Source of the DNA: Setoptus koraiensis
Lineage: Eukaryota > Animalia > Arthropoda
Reading direction: 5' to 3'
DNA length: 64,000 nucleotides
Assembly (NCBI GenBank): GCA_048013815.1
Contig: CM106586.1
Coordinates: 15,624,001 to 15,688,000 of the forward strand
A program made the translations under genes and the position numbers. Shown in pieces: positions 22,801-33,531 of the stretch. Position 1 is the first letter of the stretch, and every line of letters begins with the position of its first letter. The notes beneath the pieces were generated by a model. It was not told the DNA's origin and did not search any database. It saw only the letters and a program-made list of their open reading frames with translations.

Positions 22801-25418
22801 GATAAATGAATGGGGGTGGGGCTGATAGTTTCTCGGCGCCACCGCCAGGCTGTAGCTCTGGCGCGGCTGTGTCGATCCATACTATGGATTGCATACTATG
22901 GATTCCATAGCGATCAGAGCCGCACTGTTTGTGGTGCTGCTGTGTGACGCAATCATTGTATCGCACCTGCGCATTGGGAATGTTCTCGAGCGATGGGTGC
23001 CACGGTTAAGGTTATCTGTTGTTAGAGTTGAGTCCGTTCGACTGAGCTGCAATTGTGAGAAGTAAGTGAGATGCTCAAGTGTTGGACTTAGTTTTGCAGC
23101 GTATAGAGCGGTGCAGCAGTTAAGCTACCGTTCAAGTGAGAGCGAGCGAGCGAGCGAGTTTAGCCCAGACCCCATTGTGGATTACTGCGCAAACGACGGG
23201 GAATAATTGCGCGCGTTTTATTGCTGCTCCGCTTGATATTGTGCCGCTTTGCAATGTAGGTGGGGTGGCATATTCGGTATAGTTTTGCACAATAGTGGCT
23301 ATCCATTCTACTAGAAACATATAGCGAGCTAATGTTAGTGTAGCGCGTGTTGTGCGCCAGCCTAGTATGTGCTTCATTTCTGACGATGTGTTCCGCCGAC
23401 GATGTCTGACTAGCTGGCTCACTGTGTGGCTTGCTCGCTGACTGGAGTGCCCTGTACAAATAAACTGTGAATATCACCGTGTGTGTGTGCCGTCTCGCCA
23501 GCGTTGCGCTTATATACCAGCCTATTGATATATACGGAGTGGCGAGGATTGTTCAGTATTGGAGCACGCAGTTTTAACGCACAAAAACACACACATTTGT
23601 CATTGTGTTTATCATAGTATCTAATTCAGCATGGGAGCGCGAAAAGCAACTTAGTCGCTTCTTTAATCTATAGACAGAAAGCTATAAAGTAAATTCAAAA
23701 CAAAAATTCTAATGCTAAAACTAACTCCATCAGCATCATGTAGCGTCGTGCGTAGGGGACGCGACGTATAAACAACAAGACACATCAGCACATGAGTCAA
23801 TATGTCTGCCTGCCAGTAATGCTAACGCTACATGTACGTTCATGATTTATATATACACAAAATATCTGCTCATATTAGAGTAACTCCAACAGCGCATTTC
23901 ACCGAGAGAGCAGCACCGATAGAGACAGAGAGTCTCTATTAGAGAATATAGAGACAGAGAACAGAAAGAATTGTGTGACGTAAGTTACGGGGGCGCACAC
24001 AGTCACACACAAAAAACTATATCAATATATCATATATCTATGATAATTCAGCATTGACAAACAGCAAATACAGCAACAAACACACCACTTATCTAACCAA
24101 AACACAGGACAGTGAGATTAGCAGCAGCCGACAGAAGCCCAGCGTACGTTGATATTGTATATAACATAGGCGGTATTTGCAGCAGAAATATAGTTGCAAA
24201 TATAGTTGTTCATAACAGATATCTGATATATAGGTAGTAGTCATTGGAGAGAATTTAATTGGGCCAACTTTTGGCAACACCTTTCTCCGCTGACGATCAC
24301 TCTAGTGTTTCAATTCATCAATTCAGCCACACACACACAGCCAATTGAACACCGACAGAGAGACAGAGATATAAATAAGAAAACACTTGAATATAAACAT
24401 CATAATAAAAATAAAACATAGACGAATTCAATATCGATACAGTCAGATTGTAACAATCACACATCAAGCCAAAGCATTATTGTTGTGTGAGTGTGTGTGT
24501 GTGTGTGCCTCAGCAATCATGATAGTTCGTTATAATAGTTGAATAGAACAACTAGACAGAAAGGTAATTGTCGCTCTTGGTCGCTTTAGACTCAAATTCT
24601 CAGCGCATTCACAGTCACAACATATATGAACACAAATACTTTTGTTGTTGTGTAATGACAACATTCATACAGAAGCATATTGTCCCAACAATTCATTCAT
24701 ATGAGTATTGACACAAATGACTGTTTGTACAATAACTAGTTAATGACTAAATCTCATCTCAAATAATATAACTGTTGTTTGTGACGCTGTTTACGACCGA
24801 CTCACAACTACTGACCATCCGGTCGCTCGACAGCTAGCTCGGCGTACTTTGAACCCTTTCACTCACACCACATCAACCACTCATCTAGCCTAGTGTGTCT
24901 CGTTCAGTGATAGTTGTAGTTGCTTGTGTGTATGTGTATGTGTGTGTGATGTCACTGCATGGATTATTGGTCTATACATTAGAATCATTTTATTATCCAT
25001 ATGGATTACGTCTGTAAACTTTATTGCCATGTTGTACGTGATACAAAATAGCCAAACGATCTAAGCCAACTCAAGGTTTTACAGGTCACACAAGCAGTGG
25101 CACATACACACACAACAAAAGCACGTGCAAAAAAGAGCGTGCCAAGCTTAAAGATGAGCTCGCTGTCGTTGTTATCTAATCCTCAAGATGGCACTGAGAT
25201 AGTTGTTTAGTTTTGTTTGTCCAGCCCTCGATGCAAAGGTTCCTCCCCTCCCCTCCCCTCCCCCTAAGAATGCCGCGCGAATGGCATTGCAAATAGAATA
25301 ACATTGAACAAAGTCCTGGTAGGAATTACTTACTTATCAATAACTTATCACAACTAATGACTAATTAAACCTTTCATTATCCTATCCGCTTAAATCTATC
25401 TCCAATGATTACACACAG

Positions 25419-25743
25419 CTGAGGACACTGCACATGCAGAATCAGTCAAATTCTTAACCACTGATCATATGAGAGGCCTGGGCGAAGGTAACTCTCACAT
25501 GGATGTTCGACAAGACGAAATGAGTCAAGACATAACATTCTTGTCTCGTGATTTCACCGCTCCATTGGATGGTGGTGAATCAACAATGGGCGGCATTTAT
25601 GGCACTGCCTCGTCTAATTTGGGCAGCACAAACCAATCGCAATTAGACCAAACTACCAGAGGATATGTCTACAATGAGCAAGCCTTAAACCAGCTTTCAC
25701 CTGATAATGTTGAAATAGCCAAAGCACCTCTATTGCAAGCTGG
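25419..25743 (+). CDS. Ank2: Ankyrin exon: linker between ANK repeats and ZU5-A
   Basis: ACACAG acceptor, open frame (AEDTAHAESVKFLTTDHMRG...DNVEIAKAPLLQAG) and GG/GTAAGT donor. The phase matches the ZU5 exon (GG+G = Gly, then FLVSFMVDARGG). Confidence 0.8.
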
Positions 25744-26124
25744 GTAAGTTTTTTATTTATAGTTATTTATAGTAGAAAAATACACACACACACACACACA
25801 CACACACACTCGATTTGCATATACTACAACCGGCTTGATTAAATAACTAGTGCGCCTTTTAGTGAACGTTCTTCCAATGCTAGTAGTAGTAACCTAATCA
25901 CCCAAATAACTGTATTGTATAACTGTATCAAATAACTTATCTAAAATCGTTGTTATCTTTTCTACTCATCACTATCACTATTACTCTTCTGCTATCAACT
26001 ATTACTATTAATCCGCGCGCAACTAAACTCAAAACTAAAACCATTACTAAACTATGCATAAAATTAACTGCTCACTATTGATTAACTATGTGCTACATAC
26101 TCACTAACTAACGCCATCGTGTAG

Positions 26125-26133
26125 CCTTAAACC
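26125..26133 (+). CDS. Ank2: Candidate 9-nt ankyrin microexon (CCTTAAACC)
   Basis: CTAACTAAC branch-like motif, then GTAG/CCTTAAACC/GTAAGT. Frame-preserving; changes G-FLVSF to G-L-K-P-FLVSF. Confidence 0.45.
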
Positions 26134-27936
26134 GTAAGTGTCATCATTAGTGAAGATCATTATCACTAGTGTTGTTGCATGTTCAATTTTGGAACAAGTG
26201 CTGCTATCTATCTCTTTTTACTCACTCATTCTTCTGTATAGTGATTGCATGTGTTTCAACTATATCCACTATTAGCAGCAGTGTCCACTGATTGCCAGCT
26301 GAAATTGATACGTTGCGTAACACATACTTTACACATAGTTACAGACAATTATTATTGTTCTGGTGCTTGCCTACAGCTGTGGCCAACTCTCTAGCTAATG
26401 TTGAGAGTGGCCACTAATGTCCCGCTCTCTCTCCCTCTCGCTCGTTCCCTCGCTCACTCACGATCTAATAGCATAGCATAGATAACTATCCCAACCTTAT
26501 ACCTTGACGATGATTATCTAATAGCTGTTCCGATCAGCGCCATTCAAATAACAACAAGATAATGGTGATAATGATTACTGTCATGCTGTTGTAGTTATTT
26601 GCGAGCCCCATAACAACGACAAAGACAACAATCTGCTGCTGCTGCAGCAACAACAACAATAACAACGGCAACAACAACCATGATAAAAAACGTCAATGAC
26701 GAACTTGTATGTTATATACTATGGAGAGCACAGTATAAAAGTGTTGGGAACGACAACTCACCTGGCGACCACAATGCAACGAGTAGAGTAGTGTGCTATT
26801 CATGTCACGCGGTGTAGCATAGAAATAATAATGTTGCATGACGATCATAGACACACGATGGACAACATTGGACTGTTTCATTCAGGCCAGGTTCAATGAC
26901 CCCGGCTGGCTGGTTAGCTGTCGTCTGTATCGCTGTGGAGACCAAGTTAGCCAAAAAGCAAAAAAAACAAACTGAACAGAGGATACCATCAACATCACCG
27001 GCGATGTCGTAGTCGTCATCTTCGTGTGTTGTTGCGGTAGTTGGCTGGTTGCTATCTCTCTCTCGTTGTCTGGCTGGCTTGCTCGCTTGCATGGTTACCG
27101 CCCTCTCGACGATTAGTTGTTCTCTCTCACTCTATGTGTATGCCAACTTTACCCATCCTGTGTGATTCTCTGTACACTCTTATGTGAATCGATGAAACTT
27201 TTGGTTTCTCCCCATGTAATTGTTGTTGTTGCTGTTGCTGTTGTTGTGTATTGTTGCGTAATAGCCAATGTACAATGTGTGTCTGTCAGTAAATGAATCA
27301 TGAGTTAGGAGGAGTGAGGGCGATAATCAAGAGTACTAACATTAGTGGTGTCTGTAGAGAGATAGCAAAGCAACAATCGGCAGCTACATTAGAAATAACA
27401 AAGCAACAACAACAACAACAACAACAGCATCCTAATTGTCTCATCTCGCTCTTGCAATGACCACTCAACTGTGTTTGCGCGCTCAAACATGCAAATTATG
27501 CAATTTGAAAAGTTTTCTATGAACTCACTGAGATGCAGAGAAAAATCTTTTTGCCTCTTCTTTATTCAATGGAACAGTCAGTCAAGCGACTTTATTCCTT
27601 GTTGATATTTCGCACGCATTACCTACCACCGCCACCAACAATTGCTTAGCTGCTTCATTCAGGCTCGTCATTCGCGAACAACCATCACACACAGCGACAA
27701 CACCGCTACTTTTTTTTTATTATCATTACATTCATTACATAATCACAATCATCATTATTACTATGATTGTGCAAACACAATTCGCAATTTTACTATTATC
27801 ACATCGCAAATACTGATCATTATTATTATTTATATTTTCATATTTGACATATTTTGATATTTTTCATCAACGCATTATTACGCCGGAATTGCACGATGGA
27901 TATTAAATCAACTCTAACAATTAATAAAACGAACAG

Positions 27937-28328
27937 GTTTTTGGTTAGTTTTATGGTTGACGCGCGTGGGGGTGCAATGCGCGGTTGTAGACACTCCGGA
28001 GTACGCGTCATAATACCACCAAAAACAGCACAGATGCCCATGAGAATCACATGTCGATATCTGAGAATGGACAAACTAATTCATCCACCTAGATTGAATG
28101 ATGGCGAAGCTTGCGCATCTAAAATCATGGAAGTGGGTCCAGCGGGAGCTAAATTTCTCGGACCGGTTCTCATTGAAGTGCCACATTTCGCCTCGTTGCG
28201 CGGACGCGAACGCGAAATAATTATTTTGTCTAGCGATGACGGCGAAACTTGGCGCGAGCATCCTATTGAGTCAGACGAAAAGATTGTCCAGTCAATAATT
28301 GATCAGGCCAATCAAGCCGATAGTAGAG
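27937..28328 (+). CDS. Ank2: Ankyrin exon: ZU5-A (spectrin-binding) domain
   Basis: FLVSFMVDARGGAMRGCRHSGVRVIIPP...EVGPAGAKFLGPVLIEVPHFASLRGREREI...GETWREH, bounded by AACAG and G/GTAAGT. Confidence 0.95.
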
Positions 28329-28450
28329 GTAAGTCAACTTCAACTAAAAATTGTCATCTTACTTTGAATGACTCGTGGTCAAAGAAATAAGTTCTAATGA
28401 TTTGATTACTTGTTTTTTCTTCTTTATTCGTTTTGTTTCTGTTTGTGCAG

Positions 28451-28680
28451 ATAAAATAAACGAAGAAAATAGACCAGCCGACGAATTAAGTGAATCGCAA
28501 AGAATCACGAAGATTATCACTGACGAATTCCCTCATTATTTTGCTATCATCTCAAGAGTAAGAAGAGAGGTTCATGCAGTCGGCCCCGATGGTGCCATTA
28601 TTAACTCGACTGTTGTTCCTCGTGTTCAAGCTACATTTACTGAAGGTGCTTTAACTAAAAGAATCAAAGTTGATATTCAG
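28451..28680 (+). CDS. Ank2: Ankyrin exon: end of ZU5-A and start of ZU5-B
   Basis: KIITDEFPHYFAIISRVRREVHAVGPDG...VPRVQATFTEGALTKRIKVDIQ. TGCAG acceptor and CAG/GTAAGA phase-0 donor. Confidence 0.93.
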
Positions 28681-29508
28681 GTAAGAGTCTTGTCCCGCAT
28701 AAGCTCAACAACTCGTTAACTATCTACCATTACTACTGTGTATATCATCATCTGCTGTCACAATTGTTGCTGTCATACTTAGCATTGCAATGTATATACA
28801 TGTGATATATATATTATCTGAACATTATTTGTAGTTTATTATTTTTTAAACAAACATCTATGACATCAACATCTTTCGCTATAACTGATGAATTGTCGCA
28901 AATAGTGACAATTCATCAGTACGCGCTCACATTTCCACTTAACTTATCATGATTGATAGTGTTGTTATACTATTTGCGAATCATGTTAAGATTGTATCCA
29001 CTCGCGATGACTTACTGGTGCCTCATGCATACAAAAGCATTGATTATGTTTGAGTCTAGCAGTGTCGTTTGAATCTCACGCGTTTCGTGCCCTCTCTATA
29101 CATACCCCTCTCCCCGATCCTTTCCCTAATTATCACATCCCTTGATACCACCACATAATTTTACAATTATTCTACCATGTCTACTTACTGCCAATGCTAC
29201 TACTACCAATGCTACCACTACCATAACTGCTACCATAATACTACCACTACCACAACTATGTACGTCACTATTTTTGCTTGTCACCAAACAATTGTAAATG
29301 TAATTGTAATAATCTCAAACAAAAACAACATCGAATTATCATCGTCAACGCACACACAAATCACCTTATTATATATCTTCAACACACATACAAAAAATCA
29401 CCTTTATATGCATCTTCGACACACACTGACCAAAATACATCGAAACTCATCAAAATTCACGCAATAAATTTCAAATAAATAAAATGAATCCCGCTATCCC
29501 ATCAACAG

Positions 29509-32500
29509 AAAGAAAATCAAGAAAGAAGTATAAGCCCGACAAAGGACGGCGAGATTATCATTGTGGATGAATCCCGTAATCAGCTAGGCGACGAGCCAGG
29601 CGAATTCACTGAAACAAGATCTATTCGTTCGCCAACACCCGGTGGTGGAAGCAGGCCACAGTCTGCCAATACTAAACGAAGGAGCAAATTTTTATTGTGC
29701 TTCGGAGGCCAGGGTTCAGTTGAGCTTTTGAATGATGCCAATTTAGATAGTCCTACTAAAAGCGACGCCCAATCAGTTGAGGCTCAGAACTCAATACTAG
29801 CCGATTTAGCTGACGCCAATGAACGAATAATTGTCAAGAGGCATGTATTAGGGGATATTGACGTAATAGATAACGAGACTAATGATGATAAGGGTGAACC
29901 AACTGGTTTTTCTTGTATGCAGCAAATAGTTTCAGAGGATTACTATATTGAGAAAGAGCCTCCACTTATACTTTATAGTGAGCCAAAGACTTATGGTAAA
30001 CGATTGACCAATCAATCGGCTCAAACAGATAGTAAATTGCAATTGAACAAGCAAAAGACAAACAAGAAAGACAAGAAAAACAAAAAGTCCAAGACAGTTA
30101 AATTAGCTTTAAATCAGACTGCTGCCAAACAACAACAGCATAATAAGAAGCAACGAAACAAACGATCAGCCTTGGGCGACGAGGATACAGTTGTTACGGG
30201 CGACAAGCAGCAGCAGGACGCTTCGAATGATAAATTCTTAGATCCTGAACGTATTAGTATCATTCAAGATGTGATTACTAGCGACGATCATAAGTGGCGA
30301 ACTTGCACAATACAAACAGATGGTGACAGTATTATCGTCAATCACGTTTCACTCATCGATGATGGCTATTGTTCGGAGAATGGAGATCTCACTAAGCAGG
30401 GCTCTTTTGGTATGGGAATCTTCAAATCGTCTAGCGCAAAAGCAAACAAAAAGAAACGCCAGCAGACCAACAACAAAGAGAAAACGTCCAAGAAGAGCAG
30501 CAAACCATCCAAAGAAGCTATTGCTGTTGAATGCGATGATATTGTTGCTCTCGAGAAAGAATTAGCTAAAAGGGGCGAGGATTTGAGTAGCTCGGTTAAA
30601 TTTGCCCCTAGCGTAACAGATGATCAACATCGCAAAGAGGAGGCTTCTGAAATAGATCAACCACAATCCTTGATAGATACAACCGTTGCCGAGTCGCCAT
30701 TGTCATCGAGCGAAAACTTGACTGAATCACCTCATAAGCAGATGCAACAGCAACAAGTTGATGAAAGGCCCGTGTCTGCTGATTCGAAGCAAGAGAAGTT
30801 ACGCCTGAAATTAGAGAAGCAAGAAAAATTGAAGAAAGAAAAAGAAGAGAAGCGTGCCAAGAAAGAACAAGAGAAGGCGGCGGCTGAAGCGGAGAAATTG
30901 AGGAAAAAATTGGAGAAGGAGAACAAGAAACAACAAAAAACTGCTAGTTCTTCTCCGTCACCCATCAGTCCCAGCGGCTCGCCAGAACCCACCGAGGTGG
31001 ATAGTTCTATTGCGTCTAATACCGAAAAGCAACAGAAAAAACTCGAAGCCAAACGTATAGAGGCCGAGAAGAAGCTAGCCAAGGAAGAGGCCAAAAAGAA
31101 AGCTAAAGAGGCTAAGGAGGCCAAAAAGCCTAAGACCAAAGAAGATAAAAAGTCCAAGGCTAAAGAGGAATCTGTTAGCACCAGTGTGCCTGTCGAGATT
31201 GTCACCACATTACATAGTGTGTCCGATCAAGCTGAGCAGCTGCAGCCCGTCTCTGAAATTGAAGTTAAGGTTGTCGAGGTACCAACTACCCATAATCAAA
31301 AACAAGCTGATGACATTGTGACTCTAGTCAAAGAATTACCTGCAGAGAAAGAACGAGATGTTGTTCCTTCAATTGAAGTTGTTGTTCCAACAATTGACCA
31401 CCACGAAGAGTTAGTTGTAGAATTAGATCAACCTAAATCGCTTAAGTCAGCCACTGTAGTCGAGCCGACCATTGTTGTCGAGCAGAACGCTGTTTTCGAG
31501 CCGGTCATCAAAGTCGAGTCAACCACTGTGGCCGAGCCAACTGCTGAAGCCCAGTCGCCACTACCAACGAGCGAGAACTTGACCGAGTCAACTGAGCAGG
31601 TGCAGCAATTAGTTGTTGAGAAGCCCTCGGTTGCTGATCCTAAACAAGAGAAGTTGCGCTTGAAATTGGAAAAAGAGGCAAAATCAAAGAGAGAGAAAGA
31701 GGAGAAGCGTCTTAAGAAAGAACAAGAGAAAGCGGCCGCTGTAGCAGAGAAACTGAGGAAGAAGCAAGAGAAAGAGAACAAGAAACAGGAGAAGATCAAC
31801 GCAAAGAATCAGAAGAAGCTAGAGGCTGAGCGTTTAGAGGCCGAAAAGAAGCTAGAGGCAGAACGACTTGTGGCCGAAAAGAACCAGAAAAAGCTAGATG
31901 CTGAGCGTTCAGAGGCCGAAAAGAAGCTAGAGGCTGAAAGACTTGTGGCCGAAAAGAACCAGAAAAAGCTAGATGCTGAGCGTTCAGAGGCCGAAAAGAA
32001 GCTAGAGGCTGAAAGACTCGTGGCCGAAAAGAAACTAGAGGCTGAGCGACTTAAGGCTGAAAAGAAACTCGAGGCTGAGCGACTTGTGGCTGAAAAGAAG
32101 CAGAAAAAGCTCGACGCCAAACGTTTGAAGGCCGAGAAGAAGCAGGCAAAAGAGGAGGCCAAAAAGAAGAGCAAGGAAGATAAAAAGAAGAGCAAAGATG
32201 CCAAAAAGAAGGGCAAGGATGCTAAAGAGAAGAAGCCAGAAGAGGACACCACTATCACAAGTATACCTGTCGAAATTGTCACAACCTCAACTGATGATGC
32301 ACCACCAGTACCAACTGAGCCACAAGCTGTCGCTAATATTCAAGATAAAGTAGCTGAGGTGGCAGAGCCTGTAATAGATGAGCAAAATGAGCCCATTCAC
32401 ACTTTCAGTAAGATTGAACAAACTTGCGAAGAAGTCGTTGGCGAAGATGGAATAGTTACCAAGACCACCAAAGTAACTGAGACAAAGTACACAACTCACG

Positions 32501-33531
32501 TAAACGAGAGTGTGGAAGTCAGAGAGCGCATCGTAAACTTGGGCGAAAGAGATATTGGTATAATTGTTGACGATTCGGACGAGGAAACCGGCATCAAACC
32601 ATTAGAAAATCAAGCCAACGAAGCTGTCTTGCGAGAAATCGAAGAGGAAACGGCCGAACCCGAGGTAGAATATGCTAGCGCATTTTCGCCACCCGAAAAT
32701 GGTGCTAAATTGAGCAAGAAAGAATTGAAGAAACAAATCAAACTGAATTCTAAGCTTATCAAGAAAGCAAAGAAACTCTCAAAGAAACAGTTGAAAGAAG
32801 CCAAAGTGCAGGCGAAATTGGCTGAGGCGGAAATTGAAAAGGCCGCTGAAGCAGAGCGCATCGCTCTCAAGGAGTCTAAGAAGGCTCTCAAGAAGGCCAA
32901 GGAGGCTGAAAAGAAGACAAAGAAGGCACACAAGAAAATGGACAAGATTGACAAAAAGATTGCGAAAAAGGCCAAGAAACTAGAGAAGAAACAGAAGAAG
33001 ATTGATGAAAAATTGGCTAAACAGCGCAAGAAACTAGAAAAGAAGAAGGCAAAGGTGTCGCTGAAGGTAGAAGATATTGGTGAACCTGTTCTACAAACTT
33101 CGTCAAAGTCATTCGAGGTGCCAATGAGCATTGAGACAACCTCTGCCGATCAACAGATGCCTGATATATTACCTAGCGAACAACAAGTGTCTATTGATGT
33201 TGGTCAACATGATTTTCAGGCCGACATTGAGCACAACAATTATCGAAGTGAAGCCGAGCCAATATTATTGACACTCGAAACAGCACAAAACTTGCCTCAA
33301 GGAGAACAATCAAGTACTGACGAATGGCTAGACGAACCTAAAGACAGTATTCAATTGCCCAGTTCAAACAAGGAACAAAGCATTGGCGAGACTTTGGTTT
33401 CGGAAGTGGTCAGTGTTGTGAAGAGTGCAGAAGAAGTAAAAGGTCAACTACAAAAGCAATCTTCGAAAGAATCATCTTCGAGTTCGAGTTCGAGTCAGTC
33501 TGAAGCATCTAGTATAAAAAATCGCGATTGA
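29509..33531 (+). CDS. Giant Lys/Glu-rich ORF in the ZU5-B intron; probable alternative terminal ankyrin exon (1,340 aa)
   Basis: Uninterrupted 4,023-nt ORF. In-frame stop at 29485-29487, then CAACAG acceptor (29508) in phase 0, matching the donor at 28681. No ATG until about 29917. Ends with TGA. Coding status is well supported; the link to ankyrin is inferred. Confidence 0.7.
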   Translation, partial: KENQERSISPTKDGEIIIVDESRNQLGDEPGEFTETRSIRSPTPGGGSRPQSANTKRRSKFLLCFGGQGSVELLNDANLDSPTKSDAQSVEAQNSILADLADANERIIVKRHVLGDIDVIDNETNDDKGEPTGFSCMQQIVSEDYYIEKEPPLILYSEPKTYGKRLTNQSAQTDSKLQLNKQKTNKKDKKNKKSKTVKLALNQTAAKQQQHNKKQRNKRSALGDEDTVVTGDKQQQDASNDKFLDPERISIIQDVITSDDHKWRTCTIQTDGDSIIVNHVSLIDDGYCSENGDLTKQGSFGMGIFKSSSAKANKKKRQQTNNKEKTSKKSSKPSKEAIAVECDDIVALEKELAKRGEDLSSSVKFAPSVTDDQHRKEEASEIDQPQSLIDTTVAESPLSSSENLTESPHKQMQQQQVDERPVSADSKQEKLRLKLEKQEKLKKEKEEKRAKKEQEKAAAEAEKLRKKLEKENKKQQKTASSSPSPISPSGSPEPTEVDSSIASNTEKQQKKLEAKRIEAEKKLAKEEAKKKAKEAKEAKKPKTKEDKKSKAKEESVSTSVPVEIVTTLHSVSDQAEQLQPVSEIEVKVVEVPTTHNQKQADDIVTLVKELPAEKERDVVPSIEVVVPTIDHHEELVVELDQPKSLKSATVVEPTIVVEQNAVFEPVIKVESTTVAEPTAEAQSPLPTSENLTESTEQVQQLVVEKPSVADPKQEKLRLKLEKEAKSKREKEEKRLKKEQEKAAAVAEKLRKKQEKENKKQEKINAKNQKKLEAERLEAEKKLEAERLVAEKNQKKLDAERSEAEKKLEAERLVAEKNQKKLDAERSEAEKKLEAERLVAEKKLEAERLKAEKKLEAERLVAEKKQKKLDAKRLKAEKKQAKEEAKKKSKEDKKKSKDAKKKGKDAKEKKPEEDTTITSIPVEIVTTSTDDAPPVPTEPQAVANIQDKVAEVAEPVIDEQNEPIHTFSKIEQTCEEVVGEDGIVTKTTKVTETKYTTHVNESVEVRERIVNLGERDIGIIVDDSDEETGIKPLENQANEAVLREIEEETAEPEVEYASAFSPPENGAKLSKKELKKQIKLNSKLIKKAKKLSKKQLKEAKVQAKLAEAEIEKAAEAERIALKESKKALKKAKEAEKKTKKAHKKMDKIDKKIAKKAKKLEKKQKKIDEKLAKQRKKLEKKKAKVSLKVEDIGEPVLQTSSKSFEVPMSIETTSADQQMPDILPSEQQVSIDVGQHDFQADIEHNNYRSEAEPILLTLETAQNLPQGEQSSTDEWLDEPKDSIQLPSSNKEQSIGETLVSEVVSVVKSAEEVKGQLQKQSSKESSSSSSSSQSEASSIKNRD

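Noticed and set aside
17000-24000. Scattered 60-105 aa ORFs in the large ankyrin intron
   Set aside because: No motifs, no consistent splice context, and no transposase or reverse-transcriptase signature that I could recognise.
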